Assembly: GCF_002113885.1 (NCBI RefSeq)
Contig: NW_018407364.1
Location: forward strand, 1,767,456 to 1,831,455
Length of the DNA stretch: 64,000 bases
Direction of reading: 5' to 3'
Source: Mizuhopecten yessoensis
Taxonomy: Eukaryota
Position 1 is the first letter of the stretch, and every line of letters starts with the position of its first letter. A program made the translations under genes and the position numbers. Shown piece after piece: positions 13,386-25,300 of the stretch. Under the pieces are notes generated by a model, which saw nothing but the letters and a program-made list of their open reading frames with translations, was not told where the DNA came from and ran no database searches.

Positions 13386-14370
13386 TTAGGGCCCCGTATC
13401 GGAGATACGGGTGCCCTATAGTAATCTTTCTGTCTGTCTGTCTGTCTGTCCGTCCACAAATTTTGATCCTGGCTAATAACTTTGTTATTTATTGACCGAT
13501 GTACTTGAAACCTGGTCAAGATGTTCAGTTTACAAAAATACACATTGAGGTAAAAATTAAAGGTCAAAGGTCAAGGTCATTAGGTTCAAAGGTCAAGGTC
13601 AAATTTTACATCTTTTCACTGATAAACATTTTGTTATGACATGATGAAGCAAAGTTGATCAGAATTAAACAAGGAGTCAACTGACCAAAGGTCAAGGTCA
13701 TTGGGTCAAAGGTCAAGGTTTAATTTTGTATCTTTTCACTGGTGAACATTTCGATATGACACTTTGAAGCAATGTTGCTCAGAATTAAACAAGGAGTCAA
13801 TTGACCAAAGGTCAAGGTCACTAGGTCAAAGGCGAAGGTTAAATTTTGTATCTTTTCCCTGATGAATATTTTGTTATGACATTATGAAGCAATGTTGTTC
13901 AGAACTTAACACAGAGTCAACTGACCTTAGGTCAAGTTTTGTATTTTTCACTGAAGAACATTTTGTTATGATATTAAGAAGCAAAGTTGGTTGGAATTAA
14001 AGAATAAGTCAACTGATCAAAGATCAGGGTCACCGGGTTAATGGTCAAGGTCATTTGGGTTCAAAGGTCAAAGACAAAGTGGATCTCTGACTTTGACCCT
14101 AGCTGGCTCTTGATGGAGGAGGTATATAAGGTGAAATAAAACAAATCAAAGCTAACAAATGAGTATTGCACCAGTATTTACATTTCTGTTAGCCAAGCAA
14201 ATACGGAGGTGGAAGGAAACAAGACTCACATCATAGTACATGTAAAATGTTTATTTTGCTTCCCAATGTCAAACGTCAAGCTCAGCTATATGGGCAGATT
14301 GCTTCTTGATGATTATGGGGGATATATTGCCACAAGACGGGGCCCTTACTAACCTGTCAGTGTTCTAGTT
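13386..14370 (+). mobile_element. HINE/Helentron-type element with ~120-bp internal repeats
   Basis: Subterminal IR agggccccgt/acggggccct, (TCTG)n, aaggtcaaggtca-rich repeats, 3' ctagtt. Confidence 0.8.
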
Positions 14371-14992
14371 TCAATGGCAATTCTGGAAGAGAATATGTTT
14401 GTGTTATTGTTAGCTGAAAGGGCGACACAGCTAACGAGAAACAATATAATACTTATGTACATCATTATATATACATGTTTAATTACAGAAAGGAGGGACA
14501 TGTTCATCAGGCGTCTCTCGATGTTTGAAGTATGCCTGGGTAGTCGTCCAAATTATCAGTGAGCTTATTTACCACCAATGCGACATAGTTAAGTCAAGTC
14601 CAATCCAGTACAAACTTTTTTTAACAGATTTCGTTCTATATATCGGGTAACTGTCCGCCCTGTCAAACATTTGCCTATGATATCACTGGTAAAATCCATA
14701 TGCACCCGGCATTAATTTCGCTCTGTACATGCTATGACTACATGTAGTATGTCGTGTATAAATATTTTCTTTCAGAATAAGTGTATCCTCATCAAGAAGA
14801 GCGAAAAAGGCGAAAGTACGACAGCAACGAAAATTTCCCGGTTTGCAGTATTCAGCTTAACGCGGGGGAAACATGTCATTGATTGTAAGTTGGAGAACCA
14901 TTTCGGTGATACGTTTAGCAGCAGATTATCTAATGATCAAGTCGAAGAAAAAACCGATCGAAGGATATGAATGATAGCGAGAGTATAGATGT

Positions 14993-15267
14993 TAGAAATG
15001 CAACGATGTATCGTATCGTATTGTATCGCGAGACTTTCTTGTGTATCGTATCAAATTGTTTTGTTTGCCTGCATCGCGATACAACTAACAGTACTGAAAT
15101 TAACCATCAATTTTTATCCAACTTGAATAAAGTGTTCTTATTATTATTACTCCTGAAGCCTTTTACAATATTCGATGAAATCCTGCACTCAATCATTACT
15201 ATCGTATCGTAAGTATCGTACCGCGACGCGTATCGTATCGTGAGGTATGCGTATCGTTGCAGCCCTA
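14993..15267. mobile_element. hAT-like MITE
   Basis: Ends tag...tgcaacgat / atcgttgcagcccta, subterminal (TATCG)n. Confidence 0.65.
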
Positions 15268-16542
15268 AATTAGATGTACCGGCCTCTAATTAACCAAAGT
15301 GTCAAAGTGTTCATTGATCAAACGGTCGGGATTTTCGACGATGACAATGGACATGTTTGATAAGTGAAGGAGTTGCAGCAGCTTAAGGAATTGGAGGAAA
15401 TAGCACTTTACCTTGCTCCAATGAGAAGGTGTAAAACAACGAAAACTGACTTGATGCCATCTTGATTTTCTTTTAAGATCTGTGTATCACATACTCCTGT
15501 CTCCTACATCAAAGTCTAGCTATATATGGACCTATTTAAACCAAGGTGTTCAGAGTAATTTAAACGTGTAAAATTACAGTGAACACCTTAGTTTAGGTAC
15601 AAATATACAAATATATCTGTAACGAATTCTCAGGTCCCTGTGTCTAGAGGGGCCACATGTAACCTTTGCTACCGGGTAGAGAGTGTGAAAAGAAAGATAT
15701 ACATGGAGACACCAAGTGTTGCCATGGGGACAGAGACTCAACTTTGACCTTTTCAATATCACCTAAGCAGAAGACGCACACGAAAACCCTCGTTTCTGCA
15801 GAGGTCCCACATAAGCGGCTTATTATTATAACATGCACAGTCGACCAGGCGGTTCAAGAGAGAGAGTAAACCAACTGTCAAAATGACAGAAAAAAACTTC
15901 GATTCCCCATTAGATATTACGTCACATCTACATCACTAAGACAAGGCTATGCGTTAAATGATAGGACAGTTGTCATTATTTAGAAAAATACTAGGGAAAG
16001 GAATAAAAGCTTCGAATTTCATGGTTCATTTAATATGGCAAAATAAGCTTCATTTGCAGACAACACATAAGAAACTGAAAAGGCCTATATATTTACAAAG
16101 TTATTTCGCTATCTCCAGAACTCTCGCTATCAACCTAAGACCTAATGTTGTATGATATGTACTGCCCTGCAAACCATCTCAGCAACGTCCTAAATATATT
16201 ATGAAAGTTGTACCAACTTATGTGTAGCACATCACGTGATGCATTTTTTTGGAGAAGCCGCTATATGTGACGAATTTGAGGTCGCGTATATAATACATTA
16301 TACCAACATAAATGAACATGTTTATTCACCTTAATTTACCATCGTATGGCATTGACACTTTTTATAATCCTACTACATTCAGATGGCATTTATATCAGCT
16401 ATGAATGCTATGACCCGTTGGCATCATTATTATGACGTATCAATTGTAACGTATACGTAGTGTACCACTGATCGACTTTTCCTGAACATATGGTTGTTCT
16501 GTTCATTGAACAAGTAAACACGATACATACACAAATTTTAGC

Positions 16543-16751
16543 TACTGTAAAATCATACATTTTCGTGGGACATTAAATTTCGTTTATTTCATGGATAACA
16601 AAAATCCACGATATTAAATCCCCACAAATACATAAATGGTATGATATAAATAGGGGAAAATTAGAAATCAGCAAAATATGATTCCTTGAAACAGGCCAGT
16701 ATATGAAAACCACGAAATTTTAAGCACGCGAAAATAAATGATTCTACAGTA
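16543..16751. mobile_element. Tc1/mariner-type MITE (TA-flanked)
   Basis: tactgtaaaatcat...atgattctacagta; a related right end lies at ~910-998. Confidence 0.75.
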
Positions 16752-16799
16752 ATTGCTGAAGTTTGATATGATTTTTAATTTTCTACAAGATTAACATAT

Positions 16800-18429
16800 T
16801 CCAATGGTGAAAATAATAGTAAACTGTACTCTTGCTTCCTGGATGCGGCGAAAGCCTTCGACTGTGTTTGGCACGAAGGTTTATTTTTTAAACTTGTTCT
16901 TTTGGGCTTTAAACGTGATACTGTCAATATGATAGTTTCTCTGTATAAAGAAATGTACAGTGCAGTTCTTTGTCAATGTTTAATTTCTAAATGGTTCCCA
17001 ATATCCCAGGGAACCCGTCAAGGGCTTATTCTCTCGCCTTGGCTTTACTCTGTCAACATTAATGACTTGTTGAATGAACTTTGTATTTCAAAATTCGCAC
17101 TTTCTGTCCATGACATTAACGTTACTTGTCCTACCCAGACATATGATATCGTCCTACTTTCACTTTGCAAAAGCGACTTGGATAATTTGATGTGTATCTG
17201 TTATCTATACAGCGGTAAATGGAGATTTAAGTACAATGCATCAAAATCTGTTGCTATTGTTTCTAATGAAAGAAAAATGCCTACACTAATTCAAAGCGGA
17301 AGTAGTATCTTGGGCCAACTGAAGTACAGGGGTCAACTAGTACTACACATGTCGGTATATTTGTAGATACATTCAGTCCAGGTCGTCCAGAGCTGGATGA
17401 AGTTGTGCATAAGTTACGTGGGGAATGCTTTGCTCTTATGTAGTGTAACTTACTTGGTTCAGGACTTAGTCCTTTAACAAGTTTGAAACTCTATAAATCA
17501 ATCGTGCTTCCAAGAGCGTTATTTGGCTGTGAGCTCTGGTTCGCGCTTTCCTCTACTGAATGGCGTCGTTCAGAGACCACACACCATTTCTGTGCAAAAC
17601 TTATGCAAAATTTCCCAGTTCGCACTAGGTCGGTTATTGTACTGGGAAAGTTAGGTTTACCATCACTTTCTCTGTATGTAGAACAATGCAAACTACGATT
17701 TTCGCTGCTTTGTGTAATGTAAAATCTCAATGTACTGCAAAACAGTTTTTTTTGTTACGTATATAGCATATGTATCTTAGTATTTATAAGTCCAAAAGAG
17801 GGTTTATACACGATGTATGGAATATTTTTCATAATTACGATTTGCAGTTTTACTTGTACGATTATTTACAGTCTTCCTGCATGCCTAACAAACTAATGTG
17901 GAAGCATATTGTGAAAAATGTATTGCTTTGCAAAGAAAGTGAACAGTGGACACAACGTCTGGGTCTGAATTGTGATTTATGCAGGTTTAGGAATATTCAT
18001 ACAGAACTTTCACCTTCCATTCTGTGGCATGTGTCAAAATTATCTCCAAACTTAGCTGAGATCTGTAAACGAGTTTCTAAACTATGGATTACCCCACTTG
18101 ATTGCGAACTTCATTGTGCTAAATGTAATTTGTTTTTCTCTGACGCTGTCGCCCATTGTATCTCAGAATGCAACAGTGTTGAATTAGCTTCGCTTAGAGA
18201 TGTCTTTTATACAAATATAGTTAATGTCTATCCCGTACATGTATATGCGTATTTAGATCAAGTTGAAAGGGAACAACAGATTTCCACTGTACTTGGCTCC
18301 AACGATATTGCTCTCGCCCTGGGAGAGGATCATGTAATGTTTTCCTTTATCCGAGACTGTCTGATATTTCGCTTAGAGAGCTTCAGCTCTAACATTTCAG
18401 TAGATCTAATATCCTTATATAGTCTATAA
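16800..18429 (+). mobile_element. 5'-truncated, frameshifted non-LTR retrotransposon (RT and C-terminal region)
   Basis: CFLDAAKAFDCVWHEGL, QGTRQGLILSPWLY, CPTQTYDIVLL (degenerate catalytic motif), YKSIVLPRALFGCELW, C-terminal CAKC...HCISEC; several frameshifts and stops. Confidence 0.9.
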
Positions 18430-18937
18430 ACCTTTTTTATGTAATTTAAATCGCTTTCTAACATGATTGTCAATTCACAGTAAGGTTCACGTATATATAT
18501 ATATATTGCGTTCCTTTGTTGACTCGTCTAATATAAATATTTCATTATCACCAACATTAATTAAAAACAATTGCCTCCAGGATAGTGACGTGAACAAGGA
18601 TAATTTAGAGAGGTTGGAGGTACAGTGAAAATATGTACATGTACACAAGACAATGTTTTATGAGTGCATATGCACTATATATATATATTGTCACTGACAA
18701 TAATTAAGTCATTGTTTTGTCTCGTATTTTTTGTGTTTTATAATTATACTGCTTGCAGTTCCTTTAGGACATATATAAATCAGTCAACGTTGATGAATAT
18801 ATTGCCAAATGTTCTACATATATTCAGTTACTTTTTTTTAAAAATTTCGCCGTTTGTCAACCTCTTCATAGGACCACCTGTTAACCCATTTGGGCCCCTC
18901 GAAGAGATTTAATCAATACCAGGTACGTATAAGTAAT

Positions 18938-19057
18938 GCAAGATGGCGACGTGTTCCGCCTGTGATTGCTTTGGTTACCGAACTGCAATCTATGGAGAAT
19001 GACTTGTTTATCTATTTATAGTGAATGAAGTAATCAAGTAGAGAGATTCGGATTCAA
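18938..19057 (+). other. Candidate non-coding first exon / promoter of MIEAP-like paralog 2
   Basis: YY1-like AAGATGGCG at ~18940 and a strong donor CAA|gtaagt at 19057/19058. The ATG exon at 22367 begins with an acceptor (tttcag|GATG), so an upstream exon is required. Confidence 0.35.
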
Positions 19058-20193
19058 GTAAGTATGTGTAAATGATTAAATTACAATGTCAAATATGTAT
19101 AATATACATTAATATGTTATACACGATAGCATACCCGTACACTGCTACTTGTGAAGCGGCTACAGATCGCTTGACCTAAATACTTGACGAGGGATATCAA
19201 GTATAGGTCATACAATGCATTGTGTTAATTGTTAAATACGGGTTTAATTTCATTTCAATATATATATAACTACGTTTAGACCAAATTATATCGACAACAC
19301 ACTAACTAGGCGTAAACCGAAAGTAGATGTAAGCGCTTTATTGACCCAGAATACATTCCTACCGGACCGCTATGCATGTTCGTAAAAACATGTTATGGGC
19401 AATCGTAGCAGGGACTCAGATGTAGAGACACACTAAAACACAGAATGAGACAATACGGAACAAAACTGTACTAAATACGGACAAAAAAGATTGTATCGAT
19501 AACGTCTGTAAGACAGGTACAGACAGCATTTTCTGTTTACACATTTAGTTGATTACATGGGAACCTATTAACAAAAAATGAAATAAAAATCGGACTTAAG
19601 CAGGACTACGTGCTACGTACTGTACGTGTATTTTTTTCAACAAAGTGAGACACATATTGCTTTAGTCTAGTTACCTACGTTTAAGCATAAATTACATACA
19701 GAAATGTCCAAAGCTTCCTAGACTACGATAAACATTAATCTGTCTTTTTTTTCCTGTGAAATTTTCCTTTCGAACAGTAGAAATATGTAATACAAACATT
19801 GAGTACAAACAAATTATATATATATTTTTGATAAAAAAAACCAATAGATTATCGAATTGATATCAATCATTAATCTATGCAGTATTATAAGTTCCCATAA
19901 CCAGTAAACATGGAGTGAATTCGGTCGGACCAGAAACTCGGATTGCATGCGGGATGTGATCGGGTAACCCCCCTCCACCTTTACCAATTTTAATTGTTAC
20001 AGTCAATATGCATGCAAGTAAATTGTTTTTAAATTTGCAGCCTACCGTAGACCTTTTCATACATTTTTAGATATAACAAAAATGCGTTTGTAGTGAATAG
20101 TATCGTTACGAGTTTATAGTTTGGATGAAATATTAATCAACGGCTTATGCACTATAACTATTTATAAAAAGGGTGACTCATTCCAGTGTCCTG

Positions 20194-21178
20194 GGCCCGT
20201 ATTCATGAAACCGTCTCTCTTACTCAAGATTGGGTTCTGTACTCAAACCATATTTCTTATTACTTGCTTCGATCACGTGACAGGGTCAGAAAGTCAAGGA
20301 TACTTATTGTTAAACGTATTTTGATTAAAGTGTCTTCAAAATTATAAAAAAAAAAACATTGACAAAATGTGATTTTTCTTTAATTTTTCACTGGAATGTG
20401 ACTTAAACAAATACTTACTCCAACAATGTTAGAGGTTTTACACGGCGAAAAACTTTTGACAGGCGCCGCGTAACCTCTAACTGTGCCCATAGCTGATTTT
20501 CCCCATGCTGACTATCACATTTTCAAAGTTCGGATTAAGAAAGAGTATATCGTGTTTACATACATTTAAATGGTCAAAAGGGTCCAATAAATATTCCTTT
20601 CCATAAATCCATGATTATATAAGAAAAATTTCATGTCAAAGACATAAATAATGAGTTTTTCCTCACTCGAAGCGAAGCAGACAGCATTTGCCATGATTTT
20701 TCCGGTTAATACAAAAATGGATTACATGTAATGTTTCACAAGCGGAATACAAACAAACTCCGTATCATTTCGTTCCGTTTGAAATCCCCCCTGATATTTT
20801 GTATTAATCCAGAAGCCATGTTTTAAATGTAGGTCAGAGATGTGCTACAACGACATGGACATGTATTTTGAGTGTTGTATTCCGTAATATACTATATATT
20901 TGTGTCTGTGACATATATATGAGATCTATATTATATCAACCGTGAGTAGACATCGTTGTCATGAACTGTTAACCACTGATGTGAGTTTTTCAAGCCGATT
21001 TTGTTCCGCCCGGATTTCGGGCGGAAACTGCATCAAAGAATTAGTGCTTCGGAAATGAGAGGTCGCAGTCGGCAAAATCATATCCGATTGAAAAAAGGCC
21101 GACCAGCGGCCTCTCATGTTATGGGAGTAAACAAATACTGTGAGTTTAAGTATGATTATAGTTTCATGGATACGGACC
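20194..21178. mobile_element. PIF/Harbinger-like MITE with a probable nested insert
   Basis: TIR ggcccgtattcatgaaac/gtttcatggatacggacc with CTG on both sides; related shorter copy at ~53085-53305. Confidence 0.7.
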
Positions 21179-21592
21179 CTGGTGTAAAAAATAAGACAGT
21201 TTCATCATTTTAAGTCGTCAATAAAGGTTACTCGTCAGAAATTAGTATTTTATAAATATTTAACACGTTATCATCATAGTCGGTATAATCGGTTCCTCTT
21301 ATTCAGCATTTCGAGATTTTTCCGTTCTGCAAAGTGCACCATGTTACATCCTTATTAACTCCGCTTACTGTACACGTACAGTTGATTGCGTGGTATCTAA
21401 CGTTTACGGAATGTCGGAGATCTAATTCCATATGCAATCTATTAGCTAAGTCCTGCATAAACTTCCAATAAAAAGTATACCCGAACTTTTGCGACGAAAG
21501 ACAAAAGGACATCGTCATTATCACTGTCAACACATATTATCTGTCAAATGTTTATGCTATTAGCAATGTCTGCATGGTTGGCCTCGTAAAAT

Positions 21593-21846
21593 CACAGGTA
21601 CTTGTGGACAGGAGTGTGATTTTCCCATTAAAATGTTACGTAACAAACGAATAAATTATTGTATAACAATCACATGCTAAATTTCAAAAGTGCATCCCAC
21701 CTAATAGCCTTCTAAATACATGTTTATAAGGCCATTAGGTGGAATGCACTTTTGGAATTAAGCATGAGATTGTTATACAATAATTCATTCGTCTGTTACG
21801 TAACATTTTAATGGAAAAATCACACTCCTGCCCACAAGTACCTGTG
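21593..21846. mobile_element. 254-bp palindromic MITE with 8-bp TSD
   Basis: CACAGGTACTTGTGG...CCACAAGTACCTGTG; arms pair almost to the centre; CGTAAAAT duplicated on both sides. Confidence 0.9.
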
Positions 21847-22367
21847 CGTAAAATATGCCGTAATGATTTCTGTGTCTGAATCTAAAGTACCGAAGCGTTT
21901 ATTTCAACACATGTGACTAACGTATCTGGCTGCCATTTTTTCCAAACTCTTTGTATTCATCTCATTGAAACCTCCATCATTAAATCATTGTATAGGTACA
22001 CCATAATGTCAATTGTAATGATTTCAAACTTTCTCGATATTTTCTTTCGTTTCTGACTATAAATAGTTTGAAGAAGGACAGCTAGAACTCTAACATTTAC
22101 CCATGTGTGCTGTAGGTTGAGGTAGGTGCATGTACGATTCTTGCAAATCATCAGCGCCACTGGCTGTCTTCTAATGTATGATATATATATAATTAATAAT
22201 GTAATCCGGACCATGATTTAGCATATTGGCAATTTGCAATATGCATTCCACATGTTAAGAATTCAAGTCTAGTAGCTTACAAATAAAACCATACTTTTTT
22301 TTTATCGATGTGTGTTTTGCTTTTATGAAAATCTTGTGATTTGAACTCCTTTGATTTTTATTTCAGG

Positions 22368-25300
22368 ATGAGTAGAAGTTCAAGGCCACTATATACGTAA
22401 GTTCTCTCTTTTTTTTGTTCCACTGTTTTGTTGTTTTCTATCAATCATGTATAGATCAGAGGAACAATAATCGTTATACCCAGTGTAGCAGTTCTGAAGG
22501 GTTTTTGTTCTTCACCCCCCCCCCCCCCCCCCCCCTTAAGCGGTGAAAAGTTCCATTTAAGTGCGAGGTAATGTTAATATCGTTCAAGTTAATCATTGTT
22601 ATGCCAAGTTACATATCATTCTTGTTAATGATAGTCAGAGAAAACGTTCTTTCACATAAACCCATTTCATATCATCAGGATTATTATAAAAAGGATATTG
22701 TTCCATTTCATACGGAGATGGATATTAAAATGTACTGAAGCTAATTCCTATGATCTGTTTTCATATTTATGTATTTTGACAGTTTATTTCTGGCGTCCTA
22801 ACCAAACCATACATTGTGTTATGATTATTAAGAATAAGGAAACCATACAACAATCATTTCGTTGAACTTATGCTTAGTTTCGTTGTAATAATATTCCAAT
22901 AATAAGAACTCGTAACAGTTGTTATGTGCAAATCTTATAATTGTTGCACAATTATAACTATTATTATTATCCATATGTTGTAAAGCGCTTTAGAGTAATT
23001 TTACAAATTATATAGGGCGCTATATAAATGTTGTATATTATTATAGTCAGGAAGTTCTTACATCAGTTAACGTAATTATCACAGCTTGTATAATGCAAAT
23101 ATACAGTCTATTTTTTTTTTATTTAAAAAGTATAGCCTAGACACCACTTATGTCTTATCAAAGTTTTACTTGACATACAAACAATGTATGTATTAAACGT
23201 GTCGCGACGTTTCAAGACCGACTGGTCCCTTTGTCAAGCTATGACTGAGGGAACGATTTGTATTGTTTACCTGTACAACAATGTGATGAAATTGCATATT
23301 TCATATATCACTCGATTCCGGACGTTTCGAAAATATACATTATCGTCACATCGTTGTACATGTGAAAGAGAGGCCAGACGATGGTAGGGCTCAAATTCTT
23401 AATCAGGAACAAAGAAGATCACATAAAGTGTCCTTTTTTTCGATGGTTGAGAAGGCTGTAGCTGTTATAAAATGCATATACAAATATTGAACACTGCAGT
23501 ATTTTGTCCAAGGTTATTGTACAATATTATAGATGTACATTCCATCAGATCAGAGACCTAGATAAATCATACACATTGTTTGGGTATCTGATCAGATTTA
23601 AATGATTTATTTTTGCAAATCATTTTGAACTGTTATTACAAAATGGACTAAGTGGACACCATTATTGAAAAAGCACATCTGTTAAATTCATCAATAACTG
23701 AAAATGTATTGTTAAAAGTATTTTAGCCATATCATTTATTTCTTATTCTTTGGAACTAAAACCAGGAAATTGACACTCAAAGAGATCGAGGGACATTAAA
23801 ATATAGAGTAGACACTTATTTTAGACATGTTTGCATAAATTCTTGTGAAAAGATTTCTTCCCCGACGAAATGCCATTGCGAATTTAATTTGAGATTTTTT
23901 CCTGTTTTCACATGAACGGAATTTTGTAGGTTTTCAAAATGACAAAAGATCTTAATGATTCAATAACTATAATATCAGGGCACCTGGACGTCCAACCAAG
24001 CCTCCAGGCAAGGCATTGTCAGCAACTGGTGTTACTCATCCCACTTACGGTCGACCTGCTGTCCATTCGGTCTCGGGTGGTTATGCCATGCATGGTACAA
24101 CAACAGGACAAAACAGTTATACAATAGAACATCGTGCAGCATCCAAGCCAACTTTGGAATATAAATGGGACTCTTCAATGATAACATTAGCAAAAGAGAT
24201 TCCGGATTTCGACAGGTGGATGAAGACAAAAGGGGGCTTCAAAGATGCTGTGTTATCAGTAAATGATAAACTTTTTGAGGTGAGAAAAATAAGATCTCAT
24301 AGATGCGGTGTATTATGTCTCCTCTTTGAATAAAAGTTCAAAACGGGACGACTGTAACTTTTAGTCTGTTTTCTAATAAGGGGACACGTATTTTCTCTTA
24401 CCCTGGACATGGATATCTACACTCTTCCCAGTGTGAGATATTCTCGTGTCACCGTAGGGTTGAGACGGGGAAAACAATTGTATGACGTCATGTTAACAAT
24501 ACAATGACGTCGCGTTAACAATGCTTTATCGTTGCACCAACAATGCATTTAACATTGCATAATGTATATGACCAAGCCAAGAAGTGTAAGAGAAAAAGAA
24601 TCATTCACCCCCTTGAGATGAGATGAAGAATCTCAACTCTCGGAGAAAGATATTTAAGTTGTCAAACACTCGGCAAGCCTCGTATTTGGTAACTTTAGAA
24701 TCTTTAACCGAGGTTTAATATTCCACCATCTCAACCCTATGGAGGTGAAAGATTGTATAAGTCCAAAAACCAAATCTCCCGTCAAACATAAGTTTCACTG
24801 TTCATTTTATTTCAGTAGGACAAACCCTTTCATTCTAGTATTTTTATTTTTTTTTCATCTCATTGAGAAAAATATTCTTATTTATCGGTTGTTAATCTTT
24901 CATCTTTTAAGCTCAAACAAACTGCTCGTGGACAGCACACAGATTACGGTCAAAGTAGAGAGTAAGTATCTTGAGACCACTTACAGTTTATTTCTTGAAT
25001 GTAACTAGTCAGCAAAATCGAAAAAAAAAGATCAAATCGAAATCTTTTTTTGTTGTTTCGAAATTTTTAAGTTTCTTTTTTATGCTCAAACTAATTCATT
25101 ATTTTTTCTGTGATCAGATGGCAGACAAAGGAGGAGAAATATCATAAAGAGATTACGCAGCTGACTGAACAGGTACAAATGTTACAAAGTCAGTCTCGGG
25201 CCTCTTATAATGACAAGGGACATGTTGGCTCTAGTAAATATGAGAAAGAGTTGGACAGGTTGAGGCAAGAAAACGAGAAAATCAAGTCACAGCTACAATC

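Noticed and set aside
23930-23978. Alternative acceptor ttgtag at 23929 for paralog 2
   Set aside because: Gives an in-frame TGA after four codons; 23979 keeps the frame open.
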